A DNA stretch of 49,926 bases, taken from Bacteroidia bacterium. GTDB taxonomy: Bacteria > Bacteroidota > Bacteroidia > B-17B0 > Aurantibacillaceae. Each line of letters begins with the position of its first letter. Positions within the stretch are counted from its first letter, which is position 1. Position numbers and translations under genes: made by a program. A model generated the notes under the pieces. It saw only the letters and a list, made by a program, of their open reading frames with translations, was not told the DNA's origin and searched no databases. The stretch lies in the NCBI GenBank assembly GCA_026418315.1, contig JAOABO010000001.1, positions 1 through 49,926 of the forward strand, given 5' to 3'. Below, one piece after another: positions 9,070-17,853 of the stretch.

Positions 9070-11244
9070 TTAATTTTTCTGCAAAAAGTTATATATCATG
9101 GAATATAAATGCAATCTTGTATATCCTCCATAGATACCATGATTTTTATTAGGATAAACAAAATATTCTATGGATTTATTTTGATTTACACATTCTTTGA
9201 CAAACTCCATAGCATTTTGTAAATGAACATTGTCGTCTGCTGTGCCGTGTATAAGCAATAATTTTCCTTTTATGTTTTTTACAAAATTGATAGGAGATAA
9301 TTCGTTGTACCCATGAGGATTTTCTTTAGGTAATCGCATATATCTTTCTGTATAAATGTTGTCATAAAATTTCCAGTTACTAACAGGAGCAATGGATATG
9401 GCGCCTTTAATTTCATCGGGTGCTTTGGTTATCATATTCAAAGCCATAAAACCACCATAACTCCATCCCTCAAAGAAAATTTTGTTTTTATCTACATACG
9501 ATTGCTGCTTTAAATATCGGATAAAATCAGTTTGATCTTCAGTTTCCAGTTTGCCTAACTGTAGGTAGGTGCAGTGCCAAAAAGATTTTCCTTTTCCAAA
9601 TGTTCCTCTGCCATCGGCACATGCTACAATATATCCATTTTGACATAAAAATTGATGAAACCAATATTCATACTCCCATGCGTTATTAACTTTATTAATA
9701 CCAGGCCCGTTGTAGGCAGTAACAAATACCGGGTGTTTGTTATTGGAGTCAAAATTAACGGGCTTCATTATCCAATAATGTAATTCTATACCATCTCTGT
9801 TTTTGAAAGTATAAAATTCTTTTTTGCTCAAACTATAGTTTTTCATTTTGTCTATCAATTCCTGATTGTTTTCAAGCATTTTGATGAATTTATTATCTTT
9901 ATTTTGATAAAGGGAATAAACCGGCGGTGTATTAGCAGAATGAGTAAATAAAATAAAATATTTTTTATCAGGTGATAATTGAATGTTATTAAATCCTTCT
10001 GCAGGTGAAATTAAAGTTTTCTTTTTTCCATCAAAAGTGATTTTGTAAACAGGACGATTGATAACAGAGTTTTCAGTAGATGTATAATAAATTTCTTTTT
10101 TGGTCTCATCAACATCCAAAATACTTTCTATATCAAAATTTCCGGAAGTAACCGGATTGATTAGTTTTCCTGAAATATCATATCTGTAAATATGTTGAAA
10201 CCCATTTTTGTTACTTAACCATAAGAATTCTTTATCTTTATTGACAAATTGCCAGTTATCATTAATTTCAATATATGTATCCGATTGTTCTTCAAAAATT
10301 TTTTTTACAGAAAAATCGGATGGATTGAAAAGAAACATTTGAAGGTGATTTTGATGACGATTTAATGTTATGTAACAAAGTTGATGAGCATGCTGTAGCC
10401 ATTTGATTCTTGGGATGTAAATATTCTGAAAGTTATTGTCAGTTGGAATAATTTTATTTTCTTTGGACTTTAGGTTAAATATCCACAATGTTACTTCTGA
10501 ATTATCTTCTCCGGCCTTTGGATATTTAAAGGAATATTTATCAGGATAGGCATTATTATTGTATATATCCATTACATATTCTTTTACTTTACTTTCATTA
10601 AACTTTAAATAAGCAATATAATTTCCATCGTTGCTCCATTCAAATAAATCTGGCTTTCCGAACTCTTCTTCGTATACCCAATCAGCCCAACCATTTTTTA
10701 TTTTATTCCACTCACCGTCTATAGTAACAGGAGTTTCCTGTAATGTTGTTAAGTCAGTAAAGTAGATGTTGTTGTTTTTGATATACGCAATTTTTGTTTC
10801 GTCGTTGGAAAATTTTGGAAACATTATTTTTTCTCCATTAGAAAGTAATATCAACTTTTTGTTTTTAATATCCCATAAATAAGTAATGAATTTTGATGAA
10901 TGACGGTAAATCAATTCTCTTTGATTAAATATAAGCAGGTATTTTTCCTGAGGGGATATCTGATAATCTTCTATTTTTATGTCTGAGTATAGTTTTTGAA
11001 TATCACTTAATGCTACAAGGGTTTCAGTGATATTTCCGGTCAATAAATCTTTTTTGATAATATTGTTTTTTTCATCTTCAGTGATATAAAAATTTCCTTC
11101 TTTTGTAAAAGTAAAAGATGGTGGTGGGTTGGTGCGAAACTTAAATTTAAGCCATATATCTTCAAGAGTGATTGTATTTTGAGAATATATCAACTGAACC
11201 GAAAAACATACATATAAGAAAAACAATTGTAAGCGAGTTTTCAT
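9070..11244 (-). CDS. Dipeptidyl-peptidase IV family serine peptidase (S9B)
   Basis: It has a signal peptide and an N-terminal beta-propeller-like region. The catalytic triad context is GWSYGGF (Ser), HGTADDNVH (Asp) and NKNHGI (His). Confidence 0.9.
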   Translation of the reverse strand: MKTRLQLFFLYVCFSVQLIYSQNTITLEDIWLKFKFRTNPPPSFTFTKEGNFYITEDEKNNIIKKDLLTGNITETLVALSDIQKLYSDIKIEDYQISPQEKYLLIFNQRELIYRHSSKFITYLWDIKNKKLILLSNGEKIMFPKFSNDETKIAYIKNNNIYFTDLTTLQETPVTIDGEWNKIKNGWADWVYEEEFGKPDLFEWSNDGNYIAYLKFNESKVKEYVMDIYNNNAYPDKYSFKYPKAGEDNSEVTLWIFNLKSKENKIIPTDNNFQNIYIPRIKWLQHAHQLCYITLNRHQNHLQMFLFNPSDFSVKKIFEEQSDTYIEINDNWQFVNKDKEFLWLSNKNGFQHIYRYDISGKLINPVTSGNFDIESILDVDETKKEIYYTSTENSVINRPVYKITFDGKKKTLISPAEGFNNIQLSPDKKYFILFTHSANTPPVYSLYQNKDNKFIKMLENNQELIDKMKNYSLSKKEFYTFKNRDGIELHYWIMKPVNFDSNNKHPVFVTAYNGPGINKVNNAWEYEYWFHQFLCQNGYIVACADGRGTFGKGKSFWHCTYLQLGKLETEDQTDFIRYLKQQSYVDKNKIFFEGWSYGGFMALNMITKAPDEIKGAISIAPVSNWKFYDNIYTERYMRLPKENPHGYNELSPINFVKNIKGKLLLIHGTADDNVHLQNAMEFVKECVNQNKSIEYFVYPNKNHGIYGGYTRLHLYSMIYNFLQKN

Positions 11245-11273
11245 AGAGTTTATTTATAGGGTTTATTTTAAAA

Positions 11274-12479
11274 TTACATGATATGACCTAGTTTTGTTTT
11301 TTTGGTAGAAAGATAACAGGCGTTGTATGGATTAGGAGCAACAACAAGCGGCACATTTTCTACAATTTGTAAATCATATCCTTCTAACCCCGCTCTTTTA
11401 CGAGGATTATTGGTAAGCAACCGTATTTTACGAACTCCAATATCTCTCAATATCTGAGCTCCAATGCCATAGTCCCTTTCATCTGGTCCAAAGCCAAGTT
11501 TCAAATTAGCTTCTACAGTGTCCAAACCCTCTTCCTGTAATTTATATGCTTTTAATTTATTGAGAAGGCCAATGCCTCTGCCTTCTTGATTAAGATACAA
11601 TAACACACCTTTCCCTTCTTTTTCAATTGCTTCCATGGCTGCGTGAAGCTGTTCGCCGCAATCGCATCTTAATGAACCTAACACGTCTCCTGTGATACAT
11701 GAAGAATGTACTCTGCATAAAACAGGTTCTTGGGGGTTAATTTCTCCTTTTACAAGCGCAAGATGTTCCTGACCAGTTGTTTTAACTTTATACGCATACA
11801 GTTTAAAGTGTCCATATTTTGTGGGTAAATCAACCACCACAATTTTTTCAACAATACTTTCTTTTTGTAAACGATAATGAATCAAATCTTTTATAGATAT
11901 AACTTTGAATCCAAATTTTTCAGCAATATGTATGAGGTCTGGTAAACGTGCCATGGTGCCATCATCATTCATTATTTCAACTAAAACACCACTGGGCTTT
12001 AAACCTGCAAGAGTTGCTAAATCTACTGCTGCTTCGGTATGACCGGCTCTTCTTAAAACACCTCCTTCTTTTGCAACAAGAGGAAAAATATGTCCTGGCC
12101 TTGCAAAATCATCTGCCTTTTTATTTTCATTCACCAGCGCCTGAATGGTTTTAGCGCGGTCAAAAGCAGAAATACCAGTAGTACAGCCATCTCCAATTAA
12201 ATCTACAGATACTGTAAAAGCTGTTTCATGCAAGGATGTGTTTTGAGGAACCATGGGCTCTAACATCAATTCCTGTGCTCTTTTTTCTGTAATAGATACA
12301 CAAATTAACCCGCGTGCGTGCTTGGTCATAAAATTAATGGCTTCTGGAGTAACTAATTCAGAAGCCATAATAAAATCTCCTTCATTTTCTCTGTTTTCAT
12401 CATCTACTACAATAATCATTTTGCCATGACGAATATCCTCAATGGCTTCTTCTATGGTATTCAGTTTTACTTCTGTCAT
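11274..12479 (-). CDS. ribBA: Bifunctional 3,4-dihydroxy-2-butanone-4-phosphate synthase / GTP cyclohydrolase II
   Basis: The RibB block is [11 protein letters not shown] and the RibA zinc motif is CDCGEQL. The start is re-called at [13 protein letters not shown] (ATG at 12479) because a -7 box at 12493-12500 lies inside the longer track ORF. Confidence 0.9.
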   Translation of the reverse strand: MTEVKLNTIEEAIEDIRHGKMIIVVDDENRENEGDFIMASELVTPEAINFMTKHARGLICVSITEKRAQELMLEPMVPQNTSLHETAFTVSVDLIGDGCTTGISAFDRAKTIQALVNENKKADDFARPGHIFPLVAKEGGVLRRAGHTEAAVDLATLAGLKPSGVLVEIMNDDGTMARLPDLIHIAEKFGFKVISIKDLIHYRLQKESIVEKIVVVDLPTKYGHFKLYAYKVKTTGQEHLALVKGEINPQEPVLCRVHSSCITGDVLGSLRCDCGEQLHAAMEAIEKEGKGVLLYLNQEGRGIGLLNKLKAYKLQEEGLDTVEANLKLGFGPDERDYGIGAQILRDIGVRKIRLLTNNPRKRAGLEGYDLQIVENVPLVVAPNPYNACYLSTKKTKLGHIM

Positions 12480-12492
12480 AAAAATTTGCCTG

Positions 12493-12500
12493 CAAAGATA
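12493..12500 (-). promoter_or_regulatory. Candidate -7 box (TATCTTTG) for ribBA
   Basis: Plus-strand CAAAGATA equals minus-strand TATCTTTG, 14 nt upstream of the ATG at 12479. Confidence 0.45.
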
Positions 12501-12582
12501 CTGAATAAACTTGAAGATGTAAATTTGTGCAGAAAATAGAGCATCCATACTTTTGTTCACTATCAATAAATTTTATTTTTAT

Positions 12583-12590
12583 TACTTTTG
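12583..12590 (+). promoter_or_regulatory. Candidate -7 box (TACTTTTG) for lpxC-fabZ
   Basis: TACTTTTG lies 29 nt upstream of the ATG at 12619. An identical octamer also occurs at 12548-12555. Confidence 0.4.
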
Positions 12591-12618
12591 TCCAGATTTT
12601 CAATGTAAAAACATTGTC

Positions 12619-14043
12619 ATGGCAGATAAGCAAAAAACAATTAAAGAAAAAATTACAGTATCAGGCGTGGGTCTTCATACAGGTAAGCATGTCAATCTTA
12701 CTTTTGTTCCCGCCCCCGCTAATCATTGGTTTAAATTTCAAAGAATAGATTTACCCGGACAGCCCATCATTGACGCAGATGTGGATTATGTAGTCAATAC
12801 CGAAAGAGGAACCACGCTCGGTAAAGATAATGTGCTGGTACACACAACCGAACATGTATTGGCTGCATTAGTAGGAATGGATTTAGACAATTGTTTAATA
12901 CAAATTGATGGTGCCGAAATACCCATCATGGATGGAAGTTCCAAGCCCTTTATAGAAGCATTACAAAAAGTGGGAGTTGTAGAACAAGATGAAGAAAGAG
13001 AATATTTTGAATTACAAGAAAATCTGACTTATGAGTGTGCTGAAAGAAAAATAGAAATGCTGGCTGTTCCCCAAGAAACCTATAGAATAACAGTAATGGT
13101 AGATTACAACAGCGAAGTATTGGGTACTCAGCATGCCAGCATGTACCATACAGGGGAGTTTATTCCTGAAATATCTATGTGCAGAACATTTGTTTTTTTA
13201 CACGAACTGGAAATACTACTGCAACATAATTTAATTAAAGGCGGTGATTTAAATAACGCCATTGTATTGGTGGACAGAGAATTGCCAAAAGAGAAAATAG
13301 ATTATTTGAAAAAAGTATTCCATAAAGAGGATGTAGAAGTAAAAGGGAAAGGCGTATTAAATAATACCAAATTGCATTTTTACAATGAACCTGCAAGGCA
13401 CAAATTGTTAGATATTGTAGGAGATTTAGCTTTGGTTGGACAACACATGAAAATACACATTTTGGCAGCAAGACCCGGTCATTATGGAAATGTACAGTTT
13501 GCCAAAAAAATAAAAGAAGTGATTAAAAAACAAAAGAAAGAACAATATGTTCCAAAAATTGGCCTGAATACACCTGCCTTAATTGATGTAAGAGAAATAC
13601 AAAATATTTTGCCGCATCGTCATCCTTTTTTATTAGTGGACAGAATTGTAGAACTCAACCCCGAATATGTAGTAGGTATCAGAAATGTAACTATCAATGA
13701 TTATTGGTTTCCCGGGCATTTTCCTGATGAGCCAGTAATGCCAGGCGTGCTTATCATTGAAGCATTGGCACAAACGGGTGGTATTTTGGCTTTGAAATCA
13801 GTTCCTGACCCTGAAAATTATCAAACTTATTTTCTAAAAATAGACAGTGCTAAGTTTAAGCAAAAAGTAGTGCCCGGAGATGTTCTTGTGATGCGTATGG
13901 ACTTGGCAGAACCTATTCGCAGAGGTATATGCCACATGATAGGAAGAGCGTTTGTTGGTAACAAATTAGTTTGTGAAGCAGATATGACTGCTCAAATTGT
14001 CAAAGTGAGGAATATTGAACAAAAAAAATCTGTAATGGTATGA
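12619..14043 (+). CDS. lpxC/fabZ: Bifunctional UDP-3-O-acyl-N-acetylglucosamine deacetylase / 3-hydroxyacyl-ACP dehydratase (LpxC-FabZ fusion)
   Basis: The N-terminal half has LpxC blocks (VSGVGLHTGK, TTEHVLAAL). The C-terminal half has FabZ blocks (LPHRHPFLLVDRI, FPGHFPDEPVMPGVLIIEALAQ). The start is re-called at MADKQKTIKE. Confidence 0.9.
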   Translation: MADKQKTIKEKITVSGVGLHTGKHVNLTFVPAPANHWFKFQRIDLPGQPIIDADVDYVVNTERGTTLGKDNVLVHTTEHVLAALVGMDLDNCLIQIDGAEIPIMDGSSKPFIEALQKVGVVEQDEEREYFELQENLTYECAERKIEMLAVPQETYRITVMVDYNSEVLGTQHASMYHTGEFIPEISMCRTFVFLHELEILLQHNLIKGGDLNNAIVLVDRELPKEKIDYLKKVFHKEDVEVKGKGVLNNTKLHFYNEPARHKLLDIVGDLALVGQHMKIHILAARPGHYGNVQFAKKIKEVIKKQKKEQYVPKIGLNTPALIDVREIQNILPHRHPFLLVDRIVELNPEYVVGIRNVTINDYWFPGHFPDEPVMPGVLIIEALAQTGGILALKSVPDPENYQTYFLKIDSAKFKQKVVPGDVLVMRMDLAEPIRRGICHMIGRAFVGNKLVCEADMTAQIVKVRNIEQKKSVMV

Positions 14044-14813
14044 TTTCTCCCTTAGCCAGTGTAAGCCCTAAGGCAAAGTTGGGAGAAAATGTAGTGGTTT
14101 CTCCTTTTGCTACAATAGAAGATAATGTTGTAATAGGAGACAACACCTGGGTTGGGCCCAATGCTGTTATTATGAATTATTCCCGAATTGGAAAAAATTG
14201 TAAAATATTTCCTGGTGCTATAATAGGTTCAGAACCACAAGATTTGAAATTCAAAGGAGAAGAAAGTACTGTAGAAATCGGAGATAATACTACTATCAGA
14301 GAGTTTGTTACCATTCACAGAGGTACTTTAGATAAAATGACCACTAAGGTGGGGAATAATTGCCTGATAATGGCCTATGTTCATATTGCTCATGATTGTA
14401 TTATTGGAAATAATGTCATTCTTGCTAACAATGTAGCGTTATCAGGGCATATTGTAGTAGAAGATTATGCTATTGTAGAAGGATTAAGTGCTGCCCAACA
14501 ATTTATTACTATTGGTAAACATTCATTTATTGGAGGTGCTTCGCTTATTCGCAAAAGTGTGCCTCCTTATGTAAGATGTGCCCGTGAACCATTACAATAC
14601 ATAGGCGTCAATGTAGTGGGATTAACAAGAAGAGGATTTACTCCTGAACAAATCAAACACATTGAAGATATTTACAGAATCATTTTTGTAAAAGGATATA
14701 ATTTGCAAAACGCACTGGAAATAGTTGAAAAAGAAATTCCTGATACTGAATTCAAAAGAGAAATTATCACCTTTATTCGTCATCAAAAAGATGGTGTTAT
14801 TAAAGGTATCTAA
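14040..14813 (+). CDS. lpxA: Acyl-ACP--UDP-N-acetylglucosamine O-acyltransferase
   Basis: 257 aa with left-handed beta-helix hexapeptide repeats followed by a helical C-terminal domain. It has an ATGA overlap with lpxC-fabZ. Confidence 0.9.
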   Translation: MISPLASVSPKAKLGENVVVSPFATIEDNVVIGDNTWVGPNAVIMNYSRIGKNCKIFPGAIIGSEPQDLKFKGEESTVEIGDNTTIREFVTIHRGTLDKMTTKVGNNCLIMAYVHIAHDCIIGNNVILANNVALSGHIVVEDYAIVEGLSAAQQFITIGKHSFIGGASLIRKSVPPYVRCAREPLQYIGVNVVGLTRRGFTPEQIKHIEDIYRIIFVKGYNLQNALEIVEKEIPDTEFKREIITFIRHQKDGVIKGI

Positions 14814-14860
14814 ATAAAATACGGACGGTTCTTTTTTAGTTTTAGTGCAACAGAAAATAA

Positions 14861-14962
14861 AAAAGGGCAAGCTGACTTCATCGCACCGCTACAACCGCCT
14901 TACCCTTGCTTTGTTCCCAACCTGGGGGATTTGGCAGGAGCTGGTCGTGAAGGACTTGCCCG
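14861..14962 (-). ncRNA. ffs: Signal recognition particle RNA, small (4.5S) type
   Basis: This is the only GC-rich island in the window. The minus-strand read is GGGCAAGUCCUUCACGACCAGCUCCUGCCAAAUCCCCCAGGUUGGGAACAAAGCAAGGGUAAGGCGGUUGUAGCGGUGCGAUGAAGUCAGCUUGCCC-UUUU. The ends pair (GGGCAAG/CUUGCCC, CUUCA/UGAAG, GCU/AGC, GCC/GGC). The apex, CAGG-UUG-GGAA-CAA-AGCA, reproduces the domain IV pattern of E. coli 4.5S RNA (CAGG-UCC-GGAA-GGA-AGCA). A -7 box lies just upstream and a U-run follows. The ends are +/- a few nt. Confidence 0.8.
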
Positions 14963-14965
14963 CCG

Positions 14966-14973
14966 CAAAGGTA
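14966..14973 (-). promoter_or_regulatory. Candidate -7 box (TACCTTTG) for the SRP RNA
   Basis: Plus-strand CAAAGGTA equals minus-strand TACCTTTG and ends about 4-6 nt before the first paired G of the RNA. Confidence 0.45.
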
Positions 14974-15009
14974 GTTATTATTTTTTTATTACAACAAGTA
15001 TTTTTATTA

Positions 15010-15984
15010 TTAGTGTAGGGTTCTATATTCTTCAATTAATTTTTTTGCCACTCTGTGTGGAAAAAAATAATCTTCTTCTTTCAAGGTGTTTAGTTTTTGC
15101 AGAATTTTTTCGTTAGAAAAAAAATCATGAGAAAGAAAATCTGAAATTATTTTTTTTAATCTGATTTGTTGTTGCTGTGTTCTTTTGGTAAAAAAGTATT
15201 TTTTTTCAAGGGCGAGCTCGCGGTATCTTATCAGCATATTGTATATTTCATCCAATCCTTTTTTGGTAATGGATGAGGTGGGTAATACGGGAATGTTCCA
15301 ATCTTGTAATGGATGAGTAAAATAGTGTAGTGCAGATTTGAACTGAGCTGCTGCCAAATTTGCTTTGGTTATATTGTCGCCATCACATTTGGTAATAACA
15401 ATTCCATCTGCCATTTCCATAATGCCTCTTTTAATTCCCTGTATTTCATCGCCACTGGATGCTAACATGAGTAAAAGAAAAAAATCAGAAATTTCAGCGA
15501 CATCGGTTTCGCTTTGTCCTACTCCTACTGTTTCAATGAATATCCAGTCAAAGCCAGCCGCTTCACATAAAAGCATGGTTTCATAGGTTTTGGAAGCAAT
15601 ACCACCTAAAACACCTCCACTGGGTGAAGGACGAATAAAAGCATGGGGGTGACGTGATAAAGTTTCCATTCGGGTTTTATCACCTAAAATGCTTCCTTTT
15701 GAAATACTGCTGCTGGGGTCTATTGCAAGAACAGCTAACTGATGACCTTTTTCTATGCAATATAGCCCGAATGCTTCTATAAAAGTGCTTTTTCCTACAC
15801 CTGGTGCTCCTGTAATGCCTAATCTAAATGATTTGTTTGTGTAAGGTAGTATTTGATACAATAGTTGTTCTGCAATTTTTTGATGTTCTGGCTTGTTAGA
15901 TTCTATTAATGTAATGGCTCGGGCTAATACAGAGATGTCTTTGTTTAATATACCTTTGACATAATCATCTACCGATAATATCAT
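15010..15984 (-). CDS. meaB: MeaB/ArgK-type G3E GTPase (methylmalonyl-CoA mutase accessory protein family)
   Basis: GITGAPGVGKSTFIE (P-loop), DPSSSISKGSILGDKTRM and ETVGVGQSE are very characteristic MeaB/ArgK blocks. Confidence 0.85.
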   Translation of the reverse strand: MILSVDDYVKGILNKDISVLARAITLIESNKPEHQKIAEQLLYQILPYTNKSFRLGITGAPGVGKSTFIEAFGLYCIEKGHQLAVLAIDPSSSISKGSILGDKTRMETLSRHPHAFIRPSPSGGVLGGIASKTYETMLLCEAAGFDWIFIETVGVGQSETDVAEISDFFLLLMLASSGDEIQGIKRGIMEMADGIVITKCDGDNITKANLAAAQFKSALHYFTHPLQDWNIPVLPTSSITKKGLDEIYNMLIRYRELALEKKYFFTKRTQQQQIRLKKIISDFLSHDFFSNEKILQKLNTLKEEDYFFPHRVAKKLIEEYRTLH

Positions 15985-15985
15985 A

Positions 15986-16756
15986 TCAAAACTTTAGGTG
16001 TCTTACAGAAATACCCTGATTTTTAATTTCTAATAAAGATTTTATTCCTATGTCTAAATGTATTTCTGTATATTGTTGTGTAACGGTTTTATCTTTTTCT
16101 TCTGTTTTTACGCCTTCGGGTATCATGGGTTGGTCAGTTACCAGCAATAATGCTCCTGCAGGGATTTTATTGGCAAAGGCCACGGTAAAAATGGTGGCTG
16201 TTTCCATATCAATGGCCATGGCTTTTATTTTTCTTAGGTATGCTTTAAAATCTTCATCGTGTTCCCATACTCGTCGGTTGGTTGTATAAACTGTGCCGGT
16301 CCAGTAATCTCTGTTTTCCAGACGAATAGTATAAGATACTGCTTTTTGTAAGTTGAAAGCCGGCAATGATGGAACTTCTGGCGGAAAATAATCATTAGAG
16401 GTTCCTTCTCCTCGGATGGCTGCAATGGGTAATATCAAATCGCCTATTTGATTTTTTTTCTTTAAACCACCACATTTTCCAAGAAATAACACAGCTTTGG
16501 GCTTAACAGCACTGAGCAAATCCATCACTGTAGCCGCTGCAGCACTGCCCATTCCAAAGTTGATAATAGATAATCCTTCTGCATGGGCACTAATCATGGG
16601 CTTGCCATAGCCTCGTACTTCTGTATTGTATTTTTGAGCAAATAGTTCTACATAATTTGTAAAATTACATAACAAAATATATTGACCAAATTCTTCAATG
16701 GGTACATTGGTATAGCGTGGAAGCCAGTTGGTAACAATTTCTTCTTTTGTAGTCAT
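15986..16756 (-). CDS. Nucleoside phosphorylase-fold protein (short AMP nucleosidase-like, PNP_UDP_1 family)
   Basis: 256 aa with GMGSAAAATVMDLL, FLGKCGGL and IDMETATIF blocks of the PNP/UDP phosphorylase superfamily. Its size matches the short AMP-nucleosidase-like proteins of Bacteroidota. Confidence 0.65.
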   Translation of the reverse strand: MTTKEEIVTNWLPRYTNVPIEEFGQYILLCNFTNYVELFAQKYNTEVRGYGKPMISAHAEGLSIINFGMGSAAAATVMDLLSAVKPKAVLFLGKCGGLKKKNQIGDLILPIAAIRGEGTSNDYFPPEVPSLPAFNLQKAVSYTIRLENRDYWTGTVYTTNRRVWEHDEDFKAYLRKIKAMAIDMETATIFTVAFANKIPAGALLLVTDQPMIPEGVKTEEKDKTVTQQYTEIHLDIGIKSLLEIKNQGISVRHLKF

Positions 16757-17853
16757 AGTTCTGTCTTTTTATGGGTTATTGGTTCTGTATCGTTTTGATT
16801 TAAAATTTTATTTTGTATATTGATGGATTCTTCGTGCAATAAAGACAAAAAGTGATGAATGAAATGCTCGCTGATATTTAACTCTTTAGATATTGTTTTT
16901 CTGTTTTTTAAAATTTCTTTCCATCTTGATAATTGAAAAGCCATCACATTTTTTTCTTTCTTGTATAATGCTATTTGCTGAACTACATCAAATCTTCGTG
17001 CTATTAAATTAAGAATATCTTCATCTATTTCATCTATTATTTGTCTGAAAATATCCAATGTATTTTTGAATAGAGGGTCATCAGATGTTGTGTCAAGAAA
17101 TTTTAGTTTTGATAGTAATATTTTTAATTCCGATGGGGTAATTTGTTGTTCTTTATCGCTCAATGCTATAGAGGGGTTTATGTGTGTTTCAATCATCAGT
17201 CCGTTCATTCCTATGTTTAATGCTTTTTGAGATATTTCAAAAAGATATTCTTTTTTTCCGGCAATGTGGCTGGGATCACAAATAATGGGTATATCAGGAA
17301 ATTGTGTTTTTAATTCTAAAGGAATTTGCCATAATGGTTTGTTTCTGTATTGGTCATTTCCATAATAGAAAAAGCCGCGATGTATGGCGGCTATGTTGTT
17401 TATGCCTACGTTCATTATTCTCTCAATAGCCCCTATCCATAGTTTAATTTCGGGATGCATAGGGTTTTTTATCATGATGGGTATTTGGACATTTTGTAGT
17501 GCCGATGCGATTTCATTAACACTAAACGGATTGGTAGTTGTTCGTGCACCTATCCACACAACATCAATATGATATTTTAGTGCTAATTCTACATGCTGAG
17601 GACTTGCTACTTCAGTGCAAACGGGTATGTTATATTGTTGTTTTACTTCAGATAGCCATTTTAGTGCAGTTTCGCCATGCCCTTCAAATTTTCCAGGTGA
17701 AGTTCTTGGTTTCCAGATACCGGCTCTGAATAGAGAAATATTGGGAATATTTTTTATTGACTCTGCGGTTTGAAATAATTGTTCTTTGCTTTCTGCACTG
17801 CAAGGTCCTGCAATAATAACGGGTGATTGGAGTTTTGTAAAATCAATCATCAT
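16753..17853 (-). CDS. Bifunctional 3-deoxy-7-phosphoheptulonate (DAHP) synthase / chorismate mutase
   Basis: The N-terminal roughly 260 aa is a KDO8PS-like type I-beta DAHP synthase (IIAGPCSAES, CDPSH). The C-terminal roughly 90 aa is an AroQ-type chorismate mutase helix bundle (IDEIDEDILNLIARRFDVVQQIALYKKE). Confidence 0.85.
   Translation of the reverse strand: MMIDFTKLQSPVIIAGPCSAESKEQLFQTAESIKNIPNISLFRAGIWKPRTSPGKFEGHGETALKWLSEVKQQYNIPVCTEVASPQHVELALKYHIDVVWIGARTTTNPFSVNEIASALQNVQIPIMIKNPMHPEIKLWIGAIERIMNVGINNIAAIHRGFFYYGNDQYRNKPLWQIPLELKTQFPDIPIICDPSHIAGKKEYLFEISQKALNIGMNGLMIETHINPSIALSDKEQQITPSELKILLSKLKFLDTTSDDPLFKNTLDIFRQIIDEIDEDILNLIARRFDVVQQIALYKKEKNVMAFQLSRWKEILKNRKTISKELNISEHFIHHFLSLLHEESINIQNKILNQNDTEPITHKKTEL

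Noticed and set aside
12480-12618. Possible FMN (RFN) riboswitch upstream of ribBA
   Set aside because: The leader is only about 14 nt from the -7 box to the ATG, and the whole divergent spacer is about 140 nt of AT-rich DNA. None of the conserved GC-rich RFN core segments is present.
14931-15116. 61-aa plus-strand ORF starting MAGAGREGLARRKG
   Set aside because: Its 5' part is the complement of the SRP RNA and its promoter. Its 3' part is antisense to the meaB 3' end. The GC-rich start is explained by RNA structure.
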